DNA of 64,000 bases from Eledone cirrhosa (Eukaryota), in the NCBI GenBank assembly GCA_964016885.1, contig OZ024744.1, positions 55,800,001-55,864,000 of the forward strand, read 5' to 3'. The translations under genes were made by a program, and so were the position numbers. The notes beneath the pieces were generated by a model that saw only the letters and a program-made list of their open reading frames with translations, was not told where the DNA came from and searched no databases. This document shows, piece by piece, positions 47,963 through 62,247 of the stretch. The first letter of the stretch is position 1, and every line of letters starts with the position of its first letter.

Positions 47963-49001
47963 ATAAACAATTTTCAAGGCACTGTACAACATGGCTATAA
48001 TAATTGTTTCTACTTTAGGAACAAGGCCAGCTATTTGGGGGTAGGGGAAAGGCATCCGTAAGGATGAAAGGCAAAGCTAACCTCGGCGGGATTTGAACCC
48101 ATACCGTAAAGGGCCATAACTCTATGCAGCGAAGAATGTTGTCCGACACTCTACCGATGGCTATAATAATACAACCATACCCTAATGTACATTTATATTG
48201 CCATGAGGTAGTGGAAGAGGAGAACAGATGCTAGCATTCATCTGTTAATAGTGTAGTAGATTGACAGAATTCAAAGAACCAGCAGATAAAGTCATTGAGA
48301 TATTTGTTCTAACTCTTTACATTTGGAGTTCAAATATCACTGAGGTCAGCTTTACCTTTTATCTTTCCAGGGTCATCATCATCATCACCAGTTAAAGTTC
48401 CTTTTTCCTTGCTGGCATGGGTTAGACGTTATCCTCTTGTGAGCAAAGCTAGGTCAGGTGACCATGTCATGTTCAACACTAGTCAAATTTGTTGGCCTTG
48501 TGCGTAAATTCAAAATTGATATATAATATTCTAAGCATATCCCTTTCAGATTATTATGGTTGGCAGTATCGGTAGAGCGTCAGAAACTATGCTTCGAAAC
48601 ACAGAGTTACGGCCCTTTACGTTCTGACTTCAAATCCCACTGAGGTTAACTTTGCCTTTCATCTTTATGGGATCGATAAAATAAAGTACCAGTAATGCAC
48701 TGGGGTAGATTTATGTGACTTTCCCCATACCTTCAAACTGTTGGCCTTGTGCTTAAAGTAGAAAATTATTCTGGTATTATAAACATCCAACATCATTAGT
48801 TGGTGGCGTGGGGAATGCAATGAATAGACTTAAAAAAAAAAAAAAAAAAAAGGAGATTAGATAAAATATTGTTGCTAAATAACCAACCCAAGATAAATAA
48901 ATGTGCTTTTAATTCCCTTACTAAAAAACATTTGAATTATCAGCCAGCCTTGATTACAGCATACCATAGATGAGAGCGAGGTGAGATAAACAGGAATAAA
49001 G

Positions 49002-49039
<38 letters not shown>

Positions 49040-49042
49040 AAT

Positions 49043-49435
49043 GAGGGGTGGAGACGGCCCCTGAGTCTAGTAACACAACCTCTCTAGTGCTGGTGGCACG
49101 AATAAAAGTACCCAGTCCATGCTGTGAAATGGAGGGGTGGAGAGGACCCCTGAGTCCAGTAAGACAACCTCTCTAGTGCTGGTAGCATGAATAAAAGCAC
49201 CCAGTCCATGCTGTAAAGTGGCGGGGTGGTTAGGGCCTCTGAGTCCAGTAAGACAACCTCTCTAGTGCTGGTGGCACGAATAAAAGTACCCAGTCCAGGC
49301 TCCGTGTAGGCAACCCGTCTAGGAGAGCTACCACTCCGAATAAATTAGTGCGGGGTAGAGAAGTCCCCTACAACTTCCCTAGTGCTGGTGGCACAAATAA
49401 AAGCACTCAGTCCATGCTGTAAAATGGAGGAGTGG
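49043..49435 (+). repeat. ~89-bp tandem repeat (3 units plus a partial)
   Basis: Recurring gaggggtgg...ctgagtccagtaagacaacctctctagtgctggtggcacgaataaaag.acccagtccatgctg. Confidence 0.85.
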
Positions 49436-49439
49436 TTAG

Positions 49440-50236
49440 TGCACAGGGAAATTTGACAGTAGAAGTCAGTGATAGATACATTTTTCAAATGCAGGTGGGT
49501 TCTATGGAAGTGGTTGATAAGCGTCCAGTACCTAGGAGATCAGATTAACATGGGAGAGGGGGGGGGGGTCCGAGGCCATAGTATCTAGAATAAGGACGGG
49601 TTGGAAGAAGTTTAAGGAGCTGCATCCTCTGACAAAGAAGGGTTTCTCCTTGCATACGAAAGGCAGGTTATATGATGCGTGTGTGAGGAGCGCGATGCTG
49701 CATGGTAGTGAGACATGGGCAGCAACTGCAGAGGATATGCGACAGCTGGAGGGAAATGAAGCAAGCATGCTCCGTTGGATGTGCAGTGTAAATGTGCGTA
49801 AATGAACAATCATAGATGAGTTGAGAGAGAAACTGGGTATAAGAGGGATAAGTTGTGGTGTGTAGGAGAAAAGACTGCAATGATATGGACATGTGATGTG
49901 CATGGAGGATGACCGCTGGGTAAAGAAGTGCCAAGAAATCCCAGTGGAAAGAAGACACAGTAGAGGAAGACCCCGAAAAACATGGGCGGAGGTGGTGAGA
50001 GCAGATTACTGAAGCTCACAGAGGAGATGATGAAGCACCGTGACAAGTGGACCCATCCCACCCTTGCAAGCAAGGAAAAGTGGACGTAAAATATTATATT
50101 ATAATATGGGCGGAGGTGGTGAGAGCAGACCTCAGATTACTGAAGCTCACAGAGGAGATGACGAAGCACCGTGACAAGTGGACCCATCCCACCCTTGCAA
50201 GCAAGGAAAAGTGGACGTAAAATATTATATTATAAT
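49440..50236 (+). mobile_element. RTE 3' fragment (subfamily of 34675-37810) with duplicated terminus
   Basis: Matches the reverse complement of 34680-35345. The final ~125 bp are tandemly duplicated. Confidence 0.9.
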
Positions 50237-50321
50237 ATAATATATAAATAATGATGATGACGAATATATATATAGTAAATTTGGAAATATACTGCATGTT
50301 TAATTAAAAACATTTAGAAGA

Positions 50322-50371
<50 letters not shown>

Positions 50372-51159
50372 TATATCATCATCATCACCGTTTAATGTCC
50401 ATTTTTCCACACTAACATGGACACACTCCCCAACTGAGATCCCACAATGTCGTTGCCATGACAAAAAACACAAAGTTCAACCTGCATGGTGATCTGGTGC
50501 CACAACAACAAACCACCCAGTCCACCCCGATACCAGCACTACTGCCTTAGAAAGCCAATTGGGTTCTTTTCTTCATGGGACAAGCACTACCACTTTATAG
50601 AGTGGGCTGGGTGTATTTTTCTTGTGGCTTCATGACTGGGGAGGCATTAACAGGAGTGAGGAAGTCATATGGGAGAGAAAAAGCACCCAGTCCACCCTGT
50701 AAGGTGGTCATGTGTGTGACACAACAAATATCACCCAGTTCACCCTGTAAAATGGTTGTGTTGATAACATGACAAAAAGCATCCAGTAAAGCGGTCGTTT
50801 CAGTGCCATGATTAAAAACACCCAGTCCACTCTGTAAAGTGGTTGGTGTTAGGAAGGGCATCAAGCCATAGAAACCAAGACAAAATACAGATCTGTATGA
50901 GCATGACGTGGTCTCCAGTCCGGACTTGTCTCAATGTGACAACCTGTCTAACCCATGGAAGCATGGAAAATGGATGTTAAATGATGATGATGGATACGTA
51001 TCATCATTAACATCTATTTCTATGCCTGCATGGGTTAGATGGGATATCACGTTTTGAAACTAGACTAGTCAGTTGACCATGTCTTGTTCAAATGTTCCAT
51101 TTTTGCCCTTCCTAACATCAACCACAGCATGTACTGAGAACATTTATTGTGACTCCAGC

Positions 51160-51432
51160 CAGAGGCATAACTAGGGAAAATAGTGGTTATGGCAAGCAGT
51201 GAAATTATGCCCCTGCCCAGCATGGTATTTTTACCTATGAAGGCCTAATAACTTATATAAATGATTTAATGATCCAACCACCATAGTGTTCTCACCCGTG
51301 ATACAAAGATAGATCATATGCCTGAAGGAGTTTCTCTTTTCACTCACCTACGAGGCTTATTTCACTTTAATAGACTATGCTCCTAGTCCAAGTGGTGCCC
51401 ATGGCATATGCCATGCTTGCCATACCCTTCTA
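51160..51432. mobile_element. hAT-like non-autonomous element with 8-bp TSD
   Basis: actccagc flanks both sides (51152-51159 and 51433-51440). Starts CAGAGGCATAACTAGGG. The right TIR is degenerate. Confidence 0.6.
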
Positions 51433-52222
51433 ACTCCAGCATTACCACATTTCAAGCTGAACTGGATGTTTTTGTTGTGACACCAGCACTTCTGCCTTAG
51501 AAAGCCAAATGGGTTCTTTTCTTCATGGCACAAACACTACCACTTTATAGAGTGGGCTGGGTGTATTTTCCTTGTGACTTCATGACTGGGAGGCATTGAC
51601 AAGAGTGAGGAAGTGTCAGGTCAGAGGAGTAATAATAGAGAGAGTGAGTACACATATATATGATGATGATATATATATATATATAGAGAGAGAGAGAGTG
51701 GTAAGCGAACATTAAACAGTTACCCAAACCTCTTACAGAGGTCACTCTGATTTAGGTCAATGATAGTGTATCATATTTACAAATAACTTTCCATTTACAG
51801 TAAAATTATATTTCTAAACACTGCCACTGAAGACACCACCTCCACCATAATCACCACCATAGCTATATAACCATTAGACTTGCTAGAAATAGCAACAAAA
51901 TCTCTCAAATCACACCCTACCATCTTGTCAATGGATCTCCTCACCCACAGTAGATAAATCTTTTGCATTTTACTAATGAACACATTAATATAGTCTTACA
52001 TACTTGGAAAAACAAAAACAACAGTATAGTCTAGATCAAAATGCTTTTAACCAGAGTTTCTTCTTGATCAGGGTTGACCTGGGGTTAAACAAAACACCTA
52101 TACCAATGAAGGACCTTATATGTGGTTACTTAATCTGCTAGAAATAATAGTGATATATTTCTCAAATCACACCCTACTGGCTTAAAATTGGAAGGGCAGA
52201 TTAAATAATATAATCCTAGATA

Positions 52223-52269
<47 letters not shown>

Positions 52270-53345
52270 TGTGATGTGATTTTACACCGAATCAGATACC
52301 AGACACATACACGCAAACACGTGTGAGTGTGTGAGAGAGTATGAGTGTGAGAGTGTGTGTGATTAAGTAGGCGCGACTGTTTTTGGAGTTAGTAGATTTT
52401 GTTACACATAATATAAACTTACTACCACCCCCACTTCTACTACTGCTGTTACAACAACATCAGAAATGAATAATAAAAAGGGTAAATAAATCTAACAGAA
52501 TCAAAAACTTACATACTTAACCCTACCCCAACTCCAGCCCAATTTGGGTCTAATTAAATGATAGCGTTTTGAAGAATTTGGAATTTCATATAATCGTAAC
52601 CATCTCTGAATATCTTTCAAAAATCATGGCATGATACAAACACAAATAACACATACATGCACACCATCAAACAACACACAAATAACACATGCACACCATC
52701 AAACATACATACATTGACACAAGCCCATATGAACACACATTCAGCACATGCACACCAACACACATACATCCACCTTCCAGTGTGATGTCTTTTTTTTTTG
52801 GAAGTGGAGGAAGAAGTCATACCCTCTTCCCAATACCTTGTGATGTTACAATCAATAATCAAGCAGAATGATAAGGAACAGTACCACACGGCACCCCCAC
52901 CCCACTATCTTACTCCCTGTCCCCACCCCCTATAGACAGAATGATAAAAGATGAAAAGCTTAGAATGATACATCTGGCTACCAATATTATTATTATATCT
53001 TAACTTTTAAGGCAGTGGATTGGCAGAATCGTTAGAGCATTGGACAAAATATTGTATTGCATTGTGGTATTTAACATTTTTGGGTTCAAATCCTATCAAG
53101 GTCAATCTTTTCAGGGTCAATGAAATAAAGTATGAATCAAGTACTGGAGAGAGTGGGTTAAATGTAAATCAACTTCCCTCTTCCTTTAAATTGCTGGCCT
53201 TGTACCAAAATTAGAAACCAGAATTAAGAAGCTTAGAATAGCTGTTGCAAATAAAATACATCTAAAAGGTTCCTCATAGAATCAGTCCTGCTATAGTGCA
53301 TTGCACCTATGCACTACAGGCAGGACTGGTTCTATGAGGAACTTT

Positions 53346-56300
53346 TACAGGCAGGACTGGTTCTATGAGGAACTTTTACAGACAATCTCAGTTACTGATG
53401 AAAGAGATCTCATCTTCTTGGCAGGCAACTTCAAAGTTGGACAGTATCAGAATGGATTTACTGGAGTTCACAGTAGTTATGGTTCAAGAAATGAAGAGGG
53501 AGTGAGGTTCCTGAAATTCTGTGACACAAATGAACTAACCATTTGCACAATAACTTCAGGAAACTAGCTAGGCATCTGATCACATATCAATCAGGTAAAC
53601 ACACAAGCCAGATTGATTTCTTACTTGTAAGACATGATAGATAGACAGTGATAAATGCTAAGGCCTTCCCCGGGGAAGAATGTATCACCCAGCACAAGTT
53701 AGTTATTAATGACATCAGAATAAACACAAGACAGAACAAGATATGCAGGAAAATAAAGAGATGGTATGTTTGGAAGCTAAAGGACCTTTCTATTTAATAC
53801 AGGTTTAGAAAGGTCCTATGGGATGCAATTGATGAGAGGGGAGAGGAGCTAGATACATATGACATAGAGGACAATTAAAAATTCTTAAATGACAACGTAG
53901 GGCGAACTACTAATGAGAATGGCTGTCCTTGAGAACTTCTTTATGCAAATGATCTGGTTCTTATAGATGAACCCATAGAAGAACTTAGCTTAAACTAAAG
54001 TGCTGCTAAGTAGGAGAAAAGATAAGACCCTTATTCATTCAAGAAAGTGGCCCTTCTCAATATAATAATAATGAAATATTGGGTACAGTGCTCAGGTGCA
54101 CTACAACTCATCAAAAAGTGTATGTATAGTACATAGGGTAATGTACAAACGTCAGGAAAATGAACAGTGCATGAGTCATGATATACACATGTGTGCATGT
54201 GTATGGAAGGGGTACATCAGGTGTAGTTTTGGCGAATTTCGGGAAGCATAAAGGTTTTAAAGGATGCAATGTCTCAGCAGTTAACAACTGACGCAGGCAG
54301 TTAGTTCCATGCTTCAGCAACTCTGAGCGCGAAAAAATGTTTACGAAAGTCATGGGAGCTGTGCTGTTTTCTGATTTTGTAGGCATGTCCACGTGTGTTA
54401 GACACATGGAGATCAAAAAGGTGCTCAGGGTTGTTGTTGGCGAGATGGTTAATAACTTTGTGGGTGTTTACTAAGTCCATTGCCAGACGTCGGAGCTTCA
54501 ATGAATCCATGCCCAGGGAAGCAAGGCGTTCAGAGTATGGTAGGTGTCTGATGGAGGGTATGCGCTTGGTTGCACGCCTCTGAACAGTTTCCAGGATGTC
54601 AATGTTCTGAGCAAGATAGGGGTTCCAGACTGATGATGCGAATTCCAAGTGTGGTTGTACCATAGCTGTATACAGTTTTAAATAGATGGCTGGAGAGCGG
54701 CTAACAAAGGTCTTGCTGAATGATGCCAAGACACCCTCAGCCTTCTTGACAATCTTAGAGACATGCTTTGTCCAACGCAAGTCGCTGCTGGCAGTAATGC
54801 CCAGGTCACGTTCACAAGAGGACTTCTTGATATCAGTGTTGTGGAGGGAGTATGTGGACGCTGGATTTTTCCTCCCAAAATGCATGGTGGTACACTTGTC
54901 CACAGCCAGCTTCAGTTGCCAGTCTGTGATCCATTGCTGCATTGTGTCCAGGTCTGATTGTAGGAAAGAGTTGTAGATTTCAGGATCAGTTCTTTTGATT
55001 TCAAGGTACAGCTTGATGTCATCTGCATATTTCAGTACCATGGTATTCTTTAAGTTGGCATCTATGTCATTAATATATGCCACAAACAAAAGTGGACCAA
55101 GAACAGATCCCTGTGGTACACCAGATGACATCTCATATGGTGAGGAATGCTGTCCTAGAACCGTGACTACCTCTTTTCGGCTGAGAATGAAGGTTTTCAA
55201 CCAGTTAAAAAGATCATCCCTCACACCCATTGCAGAGAGTTTCGCCATAAGTCTTTTGTGTGGCACAGAATTAAAAGCCTTAACAAAGTCAAGGTAAACA
55301 ACATCCACCCATGAGCCGCTGTCAGTGATCCGGGTAATGTCTTCAAGGAACTCGATAAGCTGATCACAGCAGCTGGAGTTAGGGATAAATCCAAACTGCG
55401 AGGGCCGGATGAGGCTGTGAGAGCTCCAGAAGTTCCAAAGTGTTTCTCTGACACAGGATTCCATCAGTTTGGCAATACAGCTAGTAAGACTGACAGGACG
55501 ATAGTTGACAGGTGACATGCGGTCGCCCTTTTTGAACAGGGGAATGACACTGGCAGTTTTCCACTGCTCCGGAGTAGCACCATTGTTGAGACAGTATTGA
55601 AAGAAGAAAGAAAGCTGGTGCAAAAGGAAATACCCGCCACGTTTGAGAAGCAGGTATGTAACACCATCAAAACCAGGGGAGGCATAGTTGCGCTTATTAA
55701 GGTGACGTCGCAACATTGCAGGTGTAAATTCCATAGTTGTTATGGAATTTGATGTTAGAGATGGTGGAGATGGTACATTCTGGTTTTCAACAGTAAAAAT
55801 ACTTGCATAGCACTCAGCAATGAGTTCTGCGCATTCTTTGGGATCGTCAGTGATCTGAGATATGTAGAAAAGGAGTAGGTATAAACTCTATATGATGAAC
55901 TCAATGTAAACCTTGGGAATACAAGAGATGTAGTGGGATAACAGGTAGACTGACCAGAAAGGAAGACTTTGTATGTAAAATATGAAGAGGTAATCATGGG
56001 GAAGAGTGTCAGTGATATAAACCTTTTCCAATCACATGAAGGATCCATAAAAGTGGTTGATAGCTTCTGCTATCTAGGTGACCTAATTAGCAGCAGAGGA
56101 GGGTGCACCGAGAGCATAATAGCTAGAATAAGGATAGAATAGAAGTTTAGGGAGTTCCTCTCTATTGACAACAAAGGTTTCTCTCTACACACAAAATGAT
56201 GGCTCTATGGTGCCTTTGTGTGATGTGCATTGCCGCTTGCTAGTGAAATATGGACAGTGACTGCAGAGGATATGAAGACTGGAGAGAATGTTGAATGCGC
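53346..56300 (+). mobile_element. Degraded RTE LINE split by a CR1 insertion
   Basis: APE remnants 53346-53900 (FYEELL, AGNF, SQIDF). YAND and KWP at 53940-54060. The reading resumes ICRKGVGINS at 55860. Confidence 0.85.
54064..55858 (-). mobile_element. CR1 LINE 3' half with uninterrupted 477-aa RT ORF (54301-55734)
   Basis: NYRPVSLTS, QFGF, YLDF.KAF, GVPQGSVLGPLLF, YADD, NTRGH. Very similar to 29547-31340. Confidence 0.96.
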
Positions 56301-59300
56301 AATGTAAGGTGGTCTTTTGGTGCCATGACAAAAAGTGGGCAGCCTACACTCTAAAGTAGTCATGTTGGTGACATGACAAAAAGAACCCAGTCCATAGTGT
56401 AAAGTGGGCATTTTTTGTGCCACAATAAAAAGCACACAGTACACACTGTAAATGTGGTTGGCATTAGGAAGGGCATCCAGCCATAGAAACCAAGCCAGAA
56501 ACGGCTCTGCATGTCTCACAAAAGCACAACCCATTTAACCCATGCTAACATGGGGAAATGGATATTAAATGATGATGATGATATATCCATCCACCAGTGT
56601 TTCCTCCTTCAAGAATACCTGACGGATTGATGCTGAGGACAAAAGAGAGAAATAAATGAGGTACCAACACCAAGTCTAGGATAGGGTTTTTGTGGTCAGG
56701 TCTGTTTATCCTATATTGGTCTCAGCCACCAGCAAACCTTCAATAGATATGGGCTGGCCCCTTCATAAATCTTTGTTAGTGAAGAAGTAGTGCGTGTGTG
56801 TGTGTACACACACTCGGCAGACTTCTACAGTTTTCTCGCACAAGGTATTGGTCAATCTGAGGCTATAGTAGAAGACACTTTTTTCCCTGGTGCCACACAG
56901 TGGAACTCAACCAGAAACCATGTAGTTGAAAAGTTTTTCGCAATTTACAAATAAGTATCATAATATAGGTATTCACCATGGTATCAGCAACATTTTTTAT
57001 ATTTTCCTCAGTAAACTTTAGTAAAAGATCTTGTGCATTAAGTGCTGTGCCAGACCTCAGTTAGTTCCAGTTGTGCAAAAAACTGAGCAGCTAGTTCATG
57101 AAAATATACAAATGGCTGAATAATACGTCATGAACATATGTACCCTTAATATAGTTCTTGGGGAAATTCAGCTTGATGTAATTTGTGATTAAGCCGGCGC
57201 TTTAAATTACAGGTATAACTCAATTTTGCCAGCTGAGAGGACTGGAAAACTGAAGTAAAATGTCCTGCTCAACGACAAAATGCGCAACTGGGATCGAACT
57301 CAATCTCACAATAATGAACCAAATAACCTAACCACTAAGCCATATCCATTCATATTCTGCATTATGTAATTATACAACAAAAAAAAAAAAAAGAAAACAT
57401 TAATAATGTGTTTTAAAAATATCAAAAATTTGAAAAATAAGGGTGGTTGTGTTAATTGTGTCATTAGAAAAGCTACAGAGTTTGTATAGAAAACCTCCAA
57501 CACATAATACAGGTTTTATTCTTCTGTCACAAAACCGTTGAAATTAGGTATAATAATAGACTTTAATAAATGTACTTTCAATGTAGTTTATGATGTTAGT
57601 TAGACAAGTTGACATTTCATGACTATTATGTGAATCATCGGAATACCTTTTTATTTAATTAAAAACAATTAAAGACACCAGTTTGCTTGCTTAAAAAGCA
57701 CTAAAAAATACTCCAGAAATAATGATCACATTATCATTTTAGTAGCGCAATATTAATTTCAAGTTAAAGTATATTGCCACATTCTTGAGAAATAGGGCAA
57801 TCTACATTGAAATGTTTTTAAAGGAACATTATTACAGTTATACATGTGTTAGCATTCTTTATTTATGATTTTTTTTTTTTATCATATAAGAAGAAAGTAA
57901 TTATTTAAAACTATTTTATTCTTAAACACACACACACACACACAGTGATTAATTGAAGTGACTAGAAAAGTGGCAACAAAGACATTTGTCTCCAGCTAAA
58001 GACAAAATTATTTAGATATTTCTTTTAATCATGGTACAACACATGCCAATTATGCTTTTCATACAGTTAATTCTTGCCTTAAAGATCACCAAATCTTTTT
58101 ATATTCTACTGTTCATCATGTCAGAGGATTTTAAAGTGGGCACTAACCCTCCCCCTTCCTGGGCATTGAGAAGTCCAGGGGGGGGGGGCGCTGGTAGAGA
58201 TGATATAGTATATTAAATATCAAATGATACATATATATATAAATATAGTAAAATAAAAAATATATAATATTTATTTATACATAGTATATATTATATTATT
58301 TATTATATATAGATTAAGGATTTTATTTATTATATATTTATAATTTGATTGTAGGCAGGGTTGGGGGGGGGGGGTGCTGAGGGTATCATATGGCTGCGAG
58401 GTGAGGAGTGGCCCAAAAAGTTTGAGAACCTCTGATCTATGTAATAAGTACGAGCATTTGTCCGTTATGAAACATCATTTCTCAACAAATCTTCAGAAAA
58501 ATCTGGCACACAGTTTTAGATGTTTACCAGATTAATCCCATGATCAAGAAAAATCCACAAACCAAGCTGCCCCAGGGTGGTTTAAGGAAAGGAGATGTTC
58601 TAATGGAGTGGGAGAGGGAGTAGTAGAAAGAAAAAGCACAGGTATTTGAGGAGGAGGTAAAGAAATGTAATTTTGTGACATTAAAATCTGTGTGTTACAC
58701 TTTCTCCTTCAATCTTGGTTTAATCTTTCTCACTTGAACCCTGTATGTCTCTTGACAACCTATATATGATAAGTCTGAAGGATCAGAGCTGATCATAGCA
58801 TTACACAACAAGAATCATGATATTTCACAGTTATTGTCCTCAAATTTCACCCCACCAATATAGTATGTTCTGGATATGTCACAAGCTGGAATGCTGGAAA
58901 TTTGAAACATTATCACCATTGACACTTCTCAAACTAAACCACCTGAAACTGCCACTATGATACTAGGTTGTTTGTATTATGTAAGGTGTATGCAAGAACC
59001 TTTAAGTTATGTTTCAAAAACCAGTTTAATAAAAGTTAATATTACTAAATTCTCTCCACATTATTGTTTTCAAAATTATTTGAAAATCATAGGCAGTGTC
59101 TTTCATTAGAAATATGGTAATGAAAGGCTTAATATGGCAGCTCACGACAATATATTAGGATTTATTGTGTTGTATTGAACATCTGTCATATCTGATGACA
59201 AGAGCCTCAGTTGTTTGACAAATGGAACAGCCTAAAGTGCAAGTGGCAGAGCATTCTAGAGACACGTGTACTCTGAATGTAATTCAAAGGAATATTCAGC

Positions 59301-60453
59301 ATGGCAAAGTGTGTGACAAGGCTGGCCCTTAAAATTACAAGTACAAGTCATTTTTGCCAGATGAGTGCACCATCATCATCATCATCATTTAACGTCCATT
59401 TTTCCACACTAGGTGACCATGTCAGGCTCATGCAGAACTAATTTTGGCTTGGTTTCTACAGCTGGATCCCCTTCCTAACACCAATCTCATTTACAGTGTA
59501 GGCTGGGTGTTTTTTGTTGCGACGCCTACACGACCACTTTACAGTGTGAGCTTGACATTTTTGTCATGTCATCATCGCGACCACTTTACTGTGTAGGCTG
59601 GAGGCTTCAGCCTGGCCTCATGGGAGATGTATGGGATTGGATAGGGTGAGTGGTGCATAATATACATATGCTTCAGCTTCAGGCTGTACCTGTGGGAAAT
59701 CTGGTCTTCTGTATTACTGCGTAATGCCAGAGATCTTGGTCCTGTGTTATTGCCTAACATGAAAAAAAGTGTCTTGCCTAAGGACAACGTGCTGCCAGGA
59801 TTCTAACTCATGACATAACAGTGAGCCAAATACCCTAAACACTAAGCCACACACCTTCACATATAAGGATTTAAACACACACACACACACATGCAAGTTG
59901 CACATTGGCAGAAATGTCAGAAGATCAGATAAAATGTTTTGTCGTATTTGTTCCAGATTCTTACATTCTGAGTTACAAATTCTGCCATGGTCAACTTTGT
60001 CTTTCATTTTCCTGGGGTCAATAAATAAAGTAACAGTCAAGGGCCAATGGACTAATGGAACTGTTTGATTGTCAGACAGGAAGTATTATAGTATTGTTTC
60101 AGTTCTTTACATTCTGAGTTCATATCCCATCATTGTCTATGTGGATAGTAGACTTATTTCTTGACCCAATTTAACACCACAATCTGATTCTAATGTCCTG
60201 TAAATCAGTCCACTCTGTGTTGTAAGAACTCAGGTCAGGTCTCTAGTTTGAGAACAACCTCTTCCCTTCCATTAGTCTTAGAAGCCCTGAAAAAGGTCAT
60301 GAGTATTGTCCTTTTTCCTGATAAAGAAAGATATAACTATTTACTTAGTATATCAGTACAGAAAGAAACAAAGTTTATATCAATAGAGATTGCTTACTCA
60401 TAAACACACACAACTGAAAGTGTTCTACTTTTTCATATATTCACACAAACTTA

Positions 60454-60510
<57 letters not shown>

Positions 60511-60904
60511 CCTCCCCCCACACCCACACACACGTATATAAATATATACACATACACAGAAATATATGAGTATGTGTGTGTGTCTAAATAATGACTTCTG
60601 ATTGGTCAACAATTTTGGGAGAGGAGAAAGTCCATTAAAAAGCACATAAGGCTCAAAGGCAAAGCTAAACTTGGTGAGATTTGAACTTAGAACATAAAGG
60701 TCTAACTATATGCCACAAAGCATGTCTGACCCTCTACCAATACTGTCAAATCACCACCCTTGTGTATATAAATAATAAATGTTACATATAACTAAAAATG
60801 TCCCAATTGTTTCAAAATAACAGGATAATAACAGGATGTGGCCATTCTTGAGCTTGACCCAGTTATAAAAAATTTCTACTGTACATCTAGTGAATAATGA
60901 TGAT

Positions 60905-61810
60905 GATGATTTCTTTATTAACCACAAAGAGTTCATTCACAAGAAAAACATTAACAGCACAGGACAAACATTGAGTGTTTGTGGGGTGTGGGGTGTGGGT
61001 GCATGCTTGTGCATGTGTGTGTAAACAGATTTTATACAAAGCGGTAACAATAAAAAATATTCTTTCTTTATTGGCCACGGGCCTACATTTAGAGGACACT
61101 ACAAAAAGAGAGGGACAGTGAGGGGGCTTACAAAAAGAAAAGTCAAGTAAAAAAATAAATATAACAATAAACAATGAAAATACAAACAACAGAATTCACC
61201 AATAGGGGGAAAACCACCCAGGGGCGCCTCAGGTATCCCACCAATCCTGTACCACTCGACACTTGAGAGCATCCAGGAAGGGCACCGCTCTCTTCCTCAA
61301 ATCAACCAACCTACAGACGCATGTTCAGAGTAGGCCCATTCACACAGGCCATTCTTGCCACATTCATCTACCTTTTAGCAAATATCCAGGGGTGGGGCAC
61401 CATTCCTCTCTCCACCCTCACCTTCCTTTCCAAGTGAAACTTAAAAAAGTAGATGAGGGATTGGCCAAAGAGAAACTGTCTGTCTTCAGTCCTTCAACCT
61501 GGCCCACCACACCACCACTTTTATTACAGCCACCCGACAAAGGTAAATTGCCTGCCTTTCCTGGCCAAAGAAAGTGGCAGGGCATAGTCAATATTGACTT
61601 GGTCGCTAGCCAGATCCGTCCTACATGCGATAACAGCTATTCAAGTGCATGCAGAACGGTTTTGGTGTGCATCTCTGGCAGGTTTGTCTTACTGCACTTC
61701 CAGAGTTCATGTCGAACCGGCAGTGCCCCCCCGGTAGCACTGCCAAACGAGGGATGCCATTTGACGGCATTCACAGGAGATGCCCCTCAACATCTCCAGC
61801 TTGTGTAGTA
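60905..61810 (-). mobile_element. Degraded Tx1/L1-like non-LTR element 3' end
   Basis: GC-rich. The reverse strand reads WQCYRGALPVR...TVLHA (zf-RVT-like) and FFKFHLERKVRVER, followed by a T-rich 3' UTR. Clade assignment is from memory of motifs. Confidence 0.6.
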
Positions 61811-61997
61811 GTGGCTCTATAATAATTATTATTTCTACTTTTGGCACAAGGTCAGCAATTATCCCAGTACATTACTGGTACTTTATTTTATCGATTCCGT
61901 AAGTTAACCTCGGCGGGATTTGAACTCAGACCATAAAGGGCCGTAACTCTTTGCTGCAAAGCATGGCGTCCGACCCTCTACCGATACTGCCAATCCA

Positions 61998-62247
61998 AAT
62001 AATGAAAATATTGTGTACAGTGCTCAGGTGCACTACAACTCATCAAAAGTGTATGTATAGTACATAGGGTAATGTACAAATGCCAGGAAAATGAACAGAG
62101 CACGAGTCATGATATACACATGTGTGCATGTGTACGGAAGGGGTACATCAGGTGTAGTTTTGGCGAATTTTGGGAAGCATGAGGGTTTTAAAGGATGCAG
62201 TGTCTCGGTAGCTAACAACTGATGCAGGCAGTTTGTTCCATGCTTCA
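61998..62247 (-). mobile_element. CR1 3' terminal fragment
   Basis: Near-identical to 54068-54316. Confidence 0.92.

Noticed and set aside
48556-48650. tRNA gene suggested by A and B boxes
   Set aside because: No cloverleaf, and it continues into the SINE body found in many copies. It is a SINE head.
61263-61808. 181-aa plus-strand ORF as a host gene
   Set aside because: It is antisense to a decayed non-LTR element fragment and has no recognisable motifs or splice context.
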